Source: Adineta ricciae | Lineage: Eukaryota | Assembly (NCBI GenBank): GCA_905250025.1 | Contig: CAJNOJ010000205.1 | Location: forward strand, 144,292 to 189,886 | DNA: 45,595 nucleotides | Direction: 5' to 3' | In this document: positions 11,446 through 23,096 of the stretch, piece after piece | Layout of the letters: the number at the start of each line of letters is the position of its first letter | How positions within the stretch are numbered: position 1 is the first letter of the stretch | Position numbers and translations under genes: made by a program | The notes under the pieces: model-generated | Seen by the model: the letters and a program-made list of their open reading frames with translations, nothing else | Told to the model about the DNA's origin: nothing | Databases searched by the model: none

Positions 11446-12269
11446 CTGCGACCTGATTGACTAATGCTTTCGTCGGCGCGATGTACACACACAGACCGTG
11501 ATGATCATTCTCGTCTTTCAGCACTTTGTTCATTGCATAGTATGATGCATACGTTTTACCCGAGGCAGTAGGCGCGACGATAATGATCGATTGACGTTTA
11601 TCCACAGCATCAAGAAACTTCACTTGCCAGTCGTCGGGAATGAAATCTATGACACGTTGGTCCGGTTTGCTGTTTTCGCGTCTTGGTAGTCGACTATTGA
11701 TTTGGTTCATTTGAAATCGATACCATTCTTCTCGGTCCAAAGGTGTTTGACCGATCAGTTCTTCTAAATACTTCGTCTTTTTCTCGAATACATCATCGAC
11801 GTGCTCTATGTTGGCCATTTCACTCATGGTTGCGAAATAATTCACTTGAAGAAGCTCTAAACTGGCGTTTTCTTCGTTAGTTAGAACGCTTTTCTTCCGA
11901 AGCGATTGTAAATATTTCCGTTGAAATCGAAACTTCCGTTTCAATATTTCCAAACGATGAGACGAGATTTTAAAGTTCAGTAAAGCAGCATCGAGAATGT
12001 CAATCGCTCGAGCATAATTATCTACCGGAACCTCATCTAATAACTTTAGAACTGCAATTAATTGACCAGCTTCGTCCTCGGTGCGATCCGCCATCTTCTG
12101 CTGTTTATTTCTCTCGCGAATGAGATCCACTTTTTTCGGAGGTTTTTCTTTCTTCTTAGACTCCGTTTGTACAACTGACGACGAAACCGTCGGGAGGACA
12201 ATCTGCAAATGATTATCTCGAACATCGCGACTAGTCAATGAATTGCCGTACAAAGTGAAATAAGCGTAA
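11446..12269 (-). CDS. DExH-box helicase exon 4, containing helicase motif I
   Basis: The motif is ...DWQVKFLDAVDKRQSIIIVAPTASGKTYASYYAMNKVL...CVYIAPTKALVNQVA. The donor is GCAG|GTGAGA, followed by a 46-bp intron. Confidence 0.75.
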
Positions 12270-12324
12270 CTAAACAAGAAAAAAAAAGAACAAATTTTAC
12301 AGAGTGAAACGATGCAAACATTAC

Positions 12325-12416
12325 AATCGTTGTTGTTGTTGGGTTCGACAACGATATTTGGTAGAATTTCGATAGGTTTCATCATTATTTCGTACACGGC
12401 TGATTTCATCGCCAAC
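12325..12416 (-). CDS. DExH-box helicase exon 3, a 92-nt hydrophilic linker. This model is uncertain.
   Basis: The acceptor is TCTAG|, the donor is GATT|GTAATG, and the 55-bp intron ends at GTTTAG. This model encodes VGDEISRVRNNDETYRNSTKYRCRTQQQQR and avoids reading the poly-T stretch (tttttttttc) as codons. An alternative uses a 59-bp intron (GTACAA...TCTAG) and reads through continuously (LAMKSAVYEIMMKPIEILPNIVVEPNNNNDCNVCIVSLCKICSFFFLFS). Both alternatives keep the downstream frame intact. Confidence 0.35.
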
Positions 12417-12465
12417 CTAGAATATCATATTTCGGAAGGAATGACGAGAATAAGGAGTCTCATAC

Positions 12466-13065
12466 CTCTTTGTACACGTGCCAATGGTATTTACCTTCGT
12501 ATCGAGATAAATGAACATCTTGAGGATCGACGAAATTGAATGTCGTATTGTTGACATTGGAAATGATCGGTTGTAGGCAAGTATCAATAAATCGATTGGA
12601 TATACGAGTGATTTGTTGTGACTTAATAACAGCAGTACTCTGTCTCGCAAGAGATGGTGAAAATGTTAAGTGCTCAGCTTCAACTAGCTTCTTTGTTATT
12701 TCAAGAAATAGGTTTTGGTCGGTTGAAAATTCTAAGAATAATAGTCCATCGCTGAAAATACCCATTGTGTCCGAATCGAAGGATACATTAGATAAAAGCT
12801 GATAGAGCGTAAATGCGAATAGGCGTCCGTCGTATAAGTCAGCTACTTTCGAACAAGATCGAGCTGATGAACATGCAGCTGTCACTGATAAGGCCAGTTG
12901 CTGTTGAAGCTCAATGATCAATTGAGAAAGCTGGGAGCTGAACGTGATCGACGGTAAATCTTCGGGGAGATGACGATCGACTAGCGAAAGGCGAATGAGA
13001 AGAGCCACATGAAGAATAAGTAATGGACTAAGAAGTCTCAGTAGATTCTCTTCTTCAAACTGATC
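12466..13065 (-). CDS. DExH-box helicase exon 2
   Basis: The exon continues ...DLMEMKK|DQFEEENLLRLLSPLL... in frame with ORF 12460-13008. Its donor is GAG|GTATGA. Confidence 0.65.
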
Positions 13066-13116
13066 CTAAAGCGTCACACGTACAAAATGAGTGATTTGAC
13101 ATCAAGAAATAGATAC

Positions 13117-14577
13117 CTTTTTCATTTCCATCAAATCCTTGATCGTTTTGATATAAAGAGCTAATCGTAAATCTTTGTCATCAGTAATTTGTCTTTCGAA
13201 TTGAATCCATTGGTCTTTTTTGACATTTGTAACATGTCGATAGGCTGGACGGATCTGGAGTGCTTTGCGTATTCGAGGTTCCGAGCAATTTCTACGAAAA
13301 TCCACTTGAAAACATTTGATATAAGTATCATTCAATGCTAATTTATTCATTAGATACGCATGGCAATTCAAATAATACTGATGATATATACCAAATAGCC
13401 GGTAGATATGAAGAAGACGTGTAAGAGACTGTTTACTTAAGAGATGATCGAGTTTGAGATCGAAGCTTGACATATCATGATAAAAGACGAAATGAGGCTT
13501 TTCTTTCTGAGCAAATGCTTTATAATCATCATCGAACCACGATGAAAATTGTTGTACTTTCGAGGACTTGTATTGATCAATATTCTTTGAAAGATGAGCG
13601 ATAAGACAGGATCGAATAAGACTCAAGATAGGTTTTTCTTGCTGGTAGAATTGATGATGACAATCAAAGAAGAGTAGAGAATAATTACATTGGCGCGTTC
13701 GATTGAAAAGTGTCGAAAGAATACGTTCAATTAAATAAATTACATGAAGAGTATTGCCAAAGTAAGAAAGAAGATCAACATTAATATGGTGAGCAATTGA
13801 GAGAAGGAATGAATCGCCGTCGATAAAATAATGTGCGCTATCACGAAATTCACGTTGTAAATCAATAAATCGAGCACGGTATGGATATAAGATATCTAGA
13901 TCTTCTGGTGATACGATGCCTGTTTCGTTTGTCACAAGTAAAGTTTGAATTGTCGCGTAAATCGGTTTGTTTATTTTCGAAACAGTCGCCAACGCATTTT
14001 TACCTGGAATACATTCGATCAAACGCTGACGTTGCTTTTCGTTCGTGACACCATCGGAGAGATGTCGAGCGATTTGTTGTAAAGCAACAGTATTGATTTT
14101 TTCGTTGGAACATCTGATGGTATGATTAAGAGTATGAAAATAGAGATCGACAAAATGGGGATAATGTTGCTGACAGTGATATAAGAATTGAAGAAGACGT
14201 TCGCATTGACCAACAGGATCGATTTGAATTTCAATTTGCCGAAGGTCAACATGTACTTTCGGAGGAAGTTTCGATGATGTTGACCGGTTGATTTCATCTT
14301 CTGGTGAGGACTCGTCTTCACTCTCAGATTCTTTTTCCGAAAGTTCTTTTTCAGTGATTACGTCGATTGTCTCGTTTTCATCAAAATCTCTCCATTGTTG
14401 TAGTTTCTGGTTGATAAGTTTTTTATAACTTGAACTGTACTGTGATTGATAAAAATTCTCTTTCTCTAAAATCGTTTTGTTGTATGCTACTTCCGTTGTT
14501 GAAATAGTATCGAGCAAATAATCAATGAATCTCGTGATTTCTTCATCGTAGGATCGATTTAGACTCACAGAAGTCAT
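13117..14577 (-). CDS. DExH-box RNA helicase, Ski2-like/DDX60-like: exon 1 of 8 (N-terminal region). The whole gene spans 8569-14577 and encodes about 1881 aa.
   Basis: The exon starts at an ATG (MTSVSLNRSYDEE...) and ends at the donor AAG|GTATCT. A 51-bp intron ends at CTTTAG, and phase 0 is consistent with the ORF-track frames on both sides. Confidence 0.7.
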
Positions 14578-14892
14578 TGTCTGGGTATTAGAAAATATGG
14601 TTAAACGTACAATAAACGTCGATAATTACAATGCACGTTTTCTCTATATGTGTAGACAGTCAACGATGTTGTACTCCACTATTGCAGAACGAAACAAAAT
14701 AATAAGCAAAGAAAAAATATAGTGTTGTTTATGAAGCTGAGAAAAAAAGAGATTTCTATCGTCGAGCGAAGACTGCTCTTTCCTCTGTTGGTTGTTTTTC
14801 TCTCTTTCTATATCGTCATAGACGCGTCAAAAATACCCAGTTGTTTCTTTTGCAATTCGTGGAGAACATAGATAAGAGAAATTTCCAAATGT

Positions 14893-17710
14893 TTATATGA
14901 AAGCGCGTCTCCGTTGAGACGTCACTTGCTGAAGTAGTTTCCAATGGATCTTCACAGAGTTTTTGAATTCTGTTTTGTATAATTTCGAAGGTAAAACGAA
15001 AGCAACAAAAAGAAGAATCGATGGTAAAAACGAAATAAAATATCCGAGTAGATATATGCTAACTGAATCATAAGCTGACTGCAGGCATTCGAGGTAAAAT
15101 GCGAGAATAATGCGTGGTAGACCTAGAATAACTAGTACAATAGGACTGATAATTAGATACTTGTGTCGACGAAGTTGACGCTGAACATGCTCGTTCATTG
15201 CGACAGTTTTGTGAAGGTTCGATTGGTGCCTAGCGATGATGATGATGATTCCGAAAGCCGATAGTAGATTAACTACAAATGGACTAATAAAGTGAATAAC
15301 AGTCGTAACAGATGTAAATGTAATGAGAAGATTTGAGTTGGAATCTGGATAACGTACAACACACCAAGTTCTTCCTTCATCTTCATCGATAATCAGAGTC
15401 CGGTAAAGAGGCTCTTGGATCGAAGTGCCAATAACAATCAGACAGACAAGAAGTACAATCCATTTAGCTACTTTTCGACTAGATTCACTTTTGAAATGAA
15501 CACCTTTAGCAACGGACACGATACGTTCAACGGCAACGCATGCATATAACCAATCCTCAATTTGTAAGCATATCTTCAGCATAAAATCGATCAATATACA
15601 CTGACACGATAGATAGCCACGATTGGTAATCCATTGAGACTGCGTGGCGAACAACAAAAAATATTTCAAAACAAATACGACCATAGTGAAAATCGAGAGA
15701 ACTGCAGCAGTCAAAAGATAGATACCACAACCAACTTCGCGTGAGTTATTCCGTACGAAGGTGACCGTAGAGAGGATGCCATTGATAAGACCGAATATAA
15801 ACATCATAATGGTAACTACTGCGCTCAATTTGACCGGCAAGGAATGATGAAAAAAAGAGCGAGCGGGTAGAATCTGGTAGCCGAGTATGACATCTAACGG
15901 AAGGCCAAAGCCTTTAGTTGATAGTTGACATCGAGTACCTAGATAGCATTTGGGACAAGCACATCTGGCAGCTGTCGGACATTTGGCAGAATTCTGAAAG
16001 CATTGTCCACCGTTTTCGCAATGATTCAACTGTGAACAATCATATTTCATACGATGGTCGAATGTAAAACAGTTTGCTCGATGATCGTATGTGCATAAAC
16101 ACATGAACTGATCTTCATCGTGAAAACATTCGAGATCCAGTTGTTGTTGACATGGAATATGATAGTATTTAACACGTCGAAGAAGTGGAAAATTGAAGAT
16201 CGTACGATTTAGTAATTCTCGGATGGACGGACATCGTCGATCAGGTTTTAACGTAAGTTGATAATGAGCTGATGATGTGTATTTGAGCTGAGTTAATAGT
16301 AAATACATGTTATGGTCATATTCGACAAAAAGGAGATGAAACGGATTTTGCCAATAGATGGTAACTATATCTCTATAGAGTGCAATTCGTTTGAATGTAG
16401 TTGCACGTTCATGTGCACCCCACTTTTTTGTTGGAATGTATGGAAACAAAGAGACCTTGAAATTATCAGTGATAAAATGAACTAAAAGCGATTCTTTCTT
16501 ATTTGGCATTTGAATTGATATATCAATTCGTGTTTCATTGTATTGGCAACTGTCACCATGAAATCCATCTCGGCATGCACACACCGTTGGTTTATCAACA
16601 GTGATTCGATGATCTCGTGGAATACATGTACCTCCATTTTGACATTTTCTAGTACCGGTTTGTTCGCATATATTATTTCCTAGATAACATCGTTCTCCAA
16701 ACTTATGAATAGGACAGACACAAATGGACCGATTTTTCCAAATACCAAGGCAAATTGAATCTGGAGAACAATTGCATTTATATGGAATTGTACATGATGG
16801 ACCAGTCCAACCTGATTGACAACGACAAAATGATCCACCTGTATTTACAAATGATACACATTGACCGCGTTTCGAATGACAATCAATTGGGCAATTGCTT
16901 CTTGGCGACATAGTAACCGGTGGCACTACTAACAGAATTGGTAAACGATGAACAGGCAAAAATGAGAATAATAGAGGAAATGTCCAGCTTGCACGATATT
17001 TGAGTGTTCCCATTTCGAAGACATGAATACGAATCGAATAAGTTGTCGTGGTGGATTTGGGGAGAGAAGAATAGAGTAAATGAAAGTTGAATTTAGTGTT
17101 GCAGTCTCGAATGGACAGATATCTTATTTGGTAATATGAATTGACGATCTCATCTTTATCATCAAGAAGATAGACAACTAAGTTAAATGGAGTTTGCCAT
17201 TCAGGAGCTCCGATCTGAAGAGTGACACTCACACGTTGTCTTTGATATTCACATTTGGAACCATAGGGATGCGGTGGACAAAGACAGCTAACTGTATGCT
17301 GGAAATAAACTGGTACACCGCCGTGACACTGAAATTGAGCTAGTGGCGTTTGTTGTTGGTTACCAATCTGAGGAAAGAACAGCTGGTCAAGGATGTTTTC
17401 CAGAAGTGATAAGGGTGAAGAACCTGCGGATTGCTTACTTATTAGAGGTGATGCGAAAACAATACTATGATTATTGAGTGAAAATCGTGTTGGCATATCG
17501 AATATTGAAGCAGATTTTTTTATAAACCCATCTAAGCCGCACATTAAGTTGTTACTGCTTACTCGTCGATCGAACGTCACAAAATGACCACATAAAGTTT
17601 CAAAATTGGAACTTACACTATGTTTGCATAAAAAAGGATCTTCGTCGTCCCCTAACAAGCAATCACGATTTCCATCACATAAGTGTGCACGACTAATACA
17701 CGCTTTTTCC
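14893..17710 (-). CDS. LDLa/EGF/7TM receptor exon 4: Cys-rich EGF-like modules followed by a 7-transmembrane rhodopsin-like domain
   Basis: The EGF-like stretches include CHSKRGQCVSFVNTGGSFCRCQSGWTGPSC and CQNGGTCIP...CACRDGFHGDSC. Seven hydrophobic helices follow, for example VVTIMMFIFGLINGILSTVTFV and YLLTAAVLSIFTMVVFVLKYFLLF. The frame agrees with ORF 14893-17658. Confidence 0.7.
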
Positions 17711-17767
17711 CTATTGAATAAAATATTTTCTCACAGAAAATTACAGATATATTACGTAAAAACTTAC

Positions 17768-18777
17768 TTGAACGTCCCCTGTGTTTTGTTAGTACCATTT
17801 GCTCGGCATAGATACAGTGAGTTATCTGCCAAGCTTTTGCATGAATGGCGTTCATCTGTCGCACCGAGACAATCGACAATTCCATCATTCGCATATTCAA
17901 CTGGAAGACAAACGAATTTCGTAGTATTTATTAGAAAACAAGGGTGTCCTTCTTTCCCTTTGCATATAGGATTAAAACATTTCGCTTCATCTGCTCCGTT
18001 GTCACACTCCCATACACCATCACACCTTGTATACTGATTGTCACATTGCCATTCTTCACAGTTCGTTTCATCCGTCTCCTTTTGTTTACCGATTACTTCT
18101 TCGTATTCCATGTTTTTATCACATAGATTAGGGAAACGCGGAAGTTTTATTTTGGCATTGCATTCATTCAGTCTTCCTTGTCGTATACGTGTTCGTGGCT
18201 GACAGTAGGTCCTCTCAATTCCTGTGAAATTGGAGTAGCATGTTAATCTGTGCTTGTGCATCAAGGAACAGCTTTCATTGTATCGTTCGTCAATGTTGTC
18301 TGGACAATCGGCAAGATCATCGAGTAGACGGTGTTTGGAAATACATTTATTACCACATCGAAACTGATTAGTTTCCAAACAAACACTTTCTTGTTCGTTT
18401 GCCATCAACGAACATCGCTGGTATATATATCTTTGTATGGATAGAATCTGCGCAGACCAGCCAATCGGAAAGTTACTAATATTTTGATGCTGACAAGAAA
18501 GAATGATCGACGGTTGACTTAGTTTTTCAAACTTAATATTTGATTGAGATGTGCCACAATGCCTTTCATCATAGCAGATATAGTTGGGTCGACCTGGAAG
18601 TATATTAGATCGATTCCATGAATATAAGAAGTGCAGTTGATATCCATTAATAGACATAGCTGGGAATTCGAACAGTGGTGGACAATACTGTTCTAGTCTT
18701 GGAGCGCAGGGAATACTAGGTTCTCGACACACATTGTTACAACTACCATTGAACAAATAACTATATGATGGGTTGTC
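17768..18777 (-). CDS. LDLa/EGF/7TM receptor exon 3, containing further LDLa modules
   Basis: The modules are CEEWQCDNQYTRCDGVWECDNGADEAKC and GIVDCLGATDERHSC. The donor is CAA|GTAAGT, followed by a 57-bp intron. The split codon AA|G restores the LDLa motif ACISRAHLCDGNRDCLLGDDED across the junction. Confidence 0.7.
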
Positions 18778-18843
18778 CTAAGGAAAAGCAATGAAAGTTT
18801 GCTTAGAATTAGGCAAAATTTAGATTAGTTTGTTTCTACTCAC

Positions 18844-19413
18844 CAACGAAATGACTCCACTATTTATTTGAAGAAGGCAAATCATAGTAGCCCAGCATTC
18901 TTCTTGGATATGTTTATTGATGGTTAATGAGAGAAGATCATGTGGAAATTGTCGGACGCGTGCATCACGATAGTAACTGGAGTCGCAGTGTCTATTACTA
19001 GCAGGGCCCAGAGAAAAAGACCAATGCAAACATTTTATATCTGTACAGTAGAACGATGGATCGCCGTCTGTCCAACAATGTTTTTGAAAGTTCTGATGTG
19101 CAGATAGTTGCTCATCAGTTCCATCCAGACAGTCTGGCACATAAGTTTCGTCTAACAAGAAGATTTCCGGAATACATTGACCATTGACACATCGGTATTC
19201 ATCTTCTGCACATTCATTCCGCTCAAGTTGTTCGCAGTGTTGTTCATCAATAATATCCGGCCAACAATCAGGCTTGCCATCGCATACATCACTCCAATCG
19301 AGACACCATGAAACATTATTGCGCAAGCAGTTCAAGTGTACATAGCATGTACCATTTGAAGGTAGCGAATAGGTTTTTTTGAACACATCCTTTAAAATTG
19401 TTTGGAATGGTCT
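18844..19413 (-). CDS. LDLa/EGF/7TM receptor exon 2, containing LDL-receptor class A modules
   Basis: The modules are WCLDWSDVCDGKPDCWPDIIDEQHC and CAEDEYRCVNGQCIPEIFLLDETYVPDCLDGTDEQ. The donor is TTG|GTGAGT, followed by a 66-bp intron, and phase is confirmed. Confidence 0.7.
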
Positions 19414-19460
19414 CTACAACGATAGATTGATCAACAATATTTGGTACTTCTACAACTGAC

Positions 19461-19904
19461 CTGAACATCTAACGAATACTGACAGTATCGACCAAATTTC
19501 TGTTTAAGAGAACAATTGTAGAATATTGTCTGCGCTTCATCAATTTCGTTATCGGTTCGATTTTCACGAAACGCTTGATAACTTTCGACTAAATCCAGAT
19601 GTGCGGACCATTTATATAACTGTTGACTGCTGATGTTACGCTTGTTTAATTCGTCGAATCGCCATGATGTTATCTCTTTTGCAGGTATGATCATCTGATC
19701 ATTTGCGATAAAATGGTTACGTCTACAATATGGGATTACTTGGTGCTCTTGTCGGGCTTGTTTCCTCGCAATAATATCCGGTCGTGTATAATCTGCTGCA
19801 TAAAAATCTAGACAATCATCGCCATATAAGTAGTACTGCCCATTTGAGCATAAATTTAATCGAAGAACAACTGCTACGACAAAGTATTGACCGATTACAT
19901 TCAT
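19461..19904 (-). CDS. LDLa/EGF/7TM mosaic receptor: exon 1 of 4, carrying the signal peptide. The whole gene spans 14893-19904 and encodes about 1626 aa.
   Basis: The first ATG gives MNVIGQYFVVAVVLRLNLCSNG, which is signal-peptide-like (the ORF track starts upstream at a TTG). The donor is CAG|GTCAGT, followed by a 47-bp intron. Confidence 0.65.
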
Positions 19905-20394
19905 GTTCAAAGTAAGGTTTGTTCTAGATATGAACCTATTCAATAATATACAACATCTCCTTTATCGAGGAACATTCACTATCAATATAAGCCAACTGCG
20001 CTCATATTTATTTAGCAATTGATCGCGATACAGACACATCATAACAAGAAAAAGATAAGATGAGAGAAATTAATAAGTTAGAATGATTTGAATATATTTA
20101 TCGAATCAAATGACAGCTTCAATAAATGCTTTATTTACTAATCTTTTGAAATGAACATACCACTCACGCGCAAATGTTTGCGTGTGTGGAACAATATTCC
20201 ACGACATTACGAAAAGTCGCGTAATTCAGTACCATATCAAGTTTTCTTTGTAGATTCTGCAATTCGCTTCAGCTGGGTTTTCATAATAACTCAAACCATT
20301 TTCGAAAGACTTTCAACTGTTTCATTCAAAACAAAACTTTATTTAGCATCGATAACAAAATAAATATTACGTATTCACCAATCAAGTCAAATTT

Positions 20395-21300
20395 TTTCAG
20401 TACGATGATTTCGGTTGTTGTTAACATAAAGATTTCCTTCGATATCAATTGCTACACCTTTGGGACACTGAAATTGGTCCGATTGGTTCCGTCGTCCATT
20501 TCCGCCAACAATTATTTCACCTACTTGCATCTCCTTCATGCCAATGCATTATCTTATGATTATCAGAGTCTGTAATATAAATCTGACGAAAATGATCGAT
20601 GTATATTCCTTGAGGATGGTTTTCTTGATCTGAAAAATAAGCCGATTGTTGATCGTCGGCATAGATAGAAGTAGGACAATCGAACTGATTCAGTTCGTTT
20701 CCTTTTCCATTTCCACCAGCTACTAATGTACCCCATTGTTCTCCCCGTCTTTATCTTCTCATTTCATTCTTCATTTAGTCCAGTGTTAAAATAAGAATTT
20801 GTTGTTGAATCTCTTTCAGCTGACTGGTTAATCCATTATCTTTTGCTTCAATAAGAGAAACAGCTTTAATAGTGTATTCGCCAAGTTCTTCTCGACATTG
20901 TGCGAGCGATTTTGTTGAATCAATAGTTCGATTGAATTCTTTTTCCATTGGTCAATTTGTTGGTCGAATAAAGGATTCGACTGTGTTCAACGAATTCCGT
21001 CTCTAAATTAATCATAAGATTTAACAATCACATTTAGCTCCTGAGTTAATTTTTGTCGATGTTTTCCTAAGTCGTCGAAGCAAAATAGTGTTGAGCAACC
21101 TTGGCACGTATAGATGATCATATCTCTGTTACAGATCGACCATCATGCTTTATTCTTCGCCATGACCGCATTCTTTACAAAGAATATGCGAGTTTACTCA
21201 AGTGGAATGATAAAGAGATGTTTGGAAAAAGAAGGTGGATAAAAAAAGTCCAACCATTGTTGAAACTGTTGAACAAAACGAAAGATTAGAAGCGTTGAAA
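20395..21300 (-). pseudogene. Decayed TRIM/NHL-like gene: a B-box-like zinc finger, a coiled coil and NHL repeats, interrupted by in-frame stops and a 1-nt frameshift
   Basis: My minus-strand translation shows a Cys/His-rich segment (CNRDMIIYTCQGCSTLFCFDDLGKH) and a coiled coil (MEKEFNRTIDSTKSLAQCREELGEYTIKAVSLIEAKDNGLTSQLKEIQQQILILTLD*). NHL repeats follow: WGTLVAGGNGKGNELNQFDCPTSIYADD, then IYITDSDNHKIMHW, then after a frame shift VGEIIVGGNGRRNQSDQFQCPKGVAIDIEGNLYVNNNRNHRTEKI*. I found no GT-AG intron able to bridge the stops. Confidence 0.45.
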
Positions 21301-21486
21301 GCAGTGTAGCGATGTTACCCATTGTACTACTCGCGACTCGGTACTGATAGAGAAAGGTGCCGAAAGAAAACGAATTTTAAAGAACAGCTAAATTAGCATT
21401 GACTATAAAAAATCTCGGCTGTTTTTCGTTTCAACTCTCATTTTGTTTTCTTTGTCTTTCAAAATTTTGCCGCAAAAATTTCTTTT

Positions 21487-21650
21487 GGTTGTCAAAGTAA
21501 ATCAAGTCTCTGAGTCCGATTATTTCCGTAATTAATAACACAGCGATCTCTTTCAGCATCGAATGATAAACCACGAGGACCGTACAATTGACCTGATTCG
21601 CTTTCTGTTCCATTTACAGCGGTGATTATTTCACTTACTATGCTTCTCCC
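21487..21650 (-). pseudogene. Isolated NHL-repeat fragment
   Basis: The sequence IVSEIITAVNGTESESGQLYGPRGLSFDAERDRCVINYGNNRTQRLDLL* is a single NHL-like repeat followed by a stop, with no coding context upstream. Its 5' end (GTAAGTGAAATAAT) resembles that of the repeat at about 20520 (GTAGGTGAAATAATT). Confidence 0.35.
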
Positions 21651-22115
21651 CTTCATAATTCAAGTAAGAGGTCGACTTGTCGCGATCAGTAAATCAGTTC
21701 TATCATCAACCGTTGATGCATATGGCAAAAAAAACAAGTGTTGATCAATTTTGTGTCGCTTGATCTGGGGATACTCATCGAACCGTATTAACAATTAGAT
21801 AGAATTCATTTGTTTTCTCGATAGACTTCTCCCTATCGACTTAAAAAACTACATGTTCCGTGTTTTCTCTTATTTTAATTAACTCGCGCAAAATCCTATT
21901 CAAAATTGTCTTTGTATCACTTTAAGTGCGAACTGAGCCTGGCTGTTTAATTGTAATCTTGCTTTTCAATAGAAATTGAGTTTTTCAGGTCATTGCATCG
22001 ACAAAGCATCATTTTTTTTCTTTTTAGAACACAACAGAGAAGGGTTGTGGATTGACAGAAGTTATAATTAAAACGTTAGTATTAATAAAAGCAGACGAAA
22101 CATGTTTCGAAGTCC

Positions 22116-22384
22116 TCAACCAGCTTGAACTCGACTTTTTATTTTCAGTCGTCTGAATATCATTTGAACATCAGGGATTCGAGTGGACCAAAGACCGGGA
22201 ATAAAATTCGCATTGATCAGTCCACAAAGTTGCCATCCATCTTGACCGTATTTGTTCAATTCACCTTCACTGATTCCCTGTGCTTCTTTTCCTGTTCGTT
22301 CGTTCTTGCCATACAATTGTCGAGTAATAATACGATATTCAAATTCACGATATGCTGTCTCTTTACCAGTTCCCAATTTAGGAT
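22116..22384 (-). CDS. Secreted DUF4177-like small protein, exon 2 (mature domain)
   Basis: The exon encodes DPKLGTGKETAYREFEYRIITRQLYGKNERTGKEAQGISEGELNKYGQDGWQLCGLINANF... This fits the bacterial DUF4177 pattern EYK.v....G.......e.LN.lG.eGWeLv.v. Confidence 0.5.
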
Positions 22385-22436
22385 CTAAAAATTGACAGTA
22401 GAAGAACTGATTGTAATCTGTATAAAACAATCCTAC

Positions 22437-22494
22437 CGCAGTGGATTACTGATAATATGAAAAATAATAAATAAATTGAATGTAGTCTCATCAT
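22437..22494 (-). CDS. Secreted DUF4177-like small protein, exon 1 (signal peptide)
   Basis: The exon encodes MMRLHSIYLLFFILSVIHC. The donor is TGCG|GTAGGA, followed by a 52-bp intron ending at TTTTTAG. Phase agrees with both ORF-track frames, 22378-22602 and 22116-22430. Confidence 0.5.
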
Positions 22495-22603
22495 GACATT
22501 AACCGTTGTGTTGTAATCAACAGGAGAAGTAGTGATATAGAAGATATCAACTGTCTTATATACAAATTTTATGAATGAAAGAGAATATGTACATCGCTTC
22601 ATC

Positions 22604-22627
22604 TATATACATATATATATATATATT
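22604..22627. repeat. (TA)n microsatellite
   Basis: The sequence is atatatatatatatat. Confidence 0.6.
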
Positions 22628-23096
22628 TTCCCCTCGTGTCTATCATTAGTAATCGTAGAAATTATATGTGTACTTCACGTGATTATCCCTTATCAACAAT
22701 GGAAAATACATTCGAAAAGATTGTGTTGACATTCTGTCATCAGTTTTCGTTATCCTTTCGAAGGTCATATACAATTAACAAACTGTTCTACACTGTAACA
22801 TTCAAAAACAACTTCCTTTCTTATTATATGCATTATATCGAAGATAGAATAATGCATACGCTGAGTATTCCTCTTAGCACAGATGTTCACAAACAAGTTT
22901 TAATTTCCTGAGTGAATAAATTGACAAAACCAATTTCGTTAAAGTAGAAACACAACAGAAGCTTTTTTTGATACCTCTTAATCGAACAAGTCCACAAGTA
23001 TCATTATAATTTAATAAAGGATATGCCGAAAAGCCAATTAAAACGACGTTGTATTACAAAAATAAAGGCTCAGTTATTTCGAATAACTCAGCAAGA

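Noticed and set aside
21101-21289. Plus-strand ORF 21101-21289 within the NHL/TRIM remnant region
   Set aside because: It is antisense to the recognisable B-box and coiled-coil reading frames and has no motif of its own.
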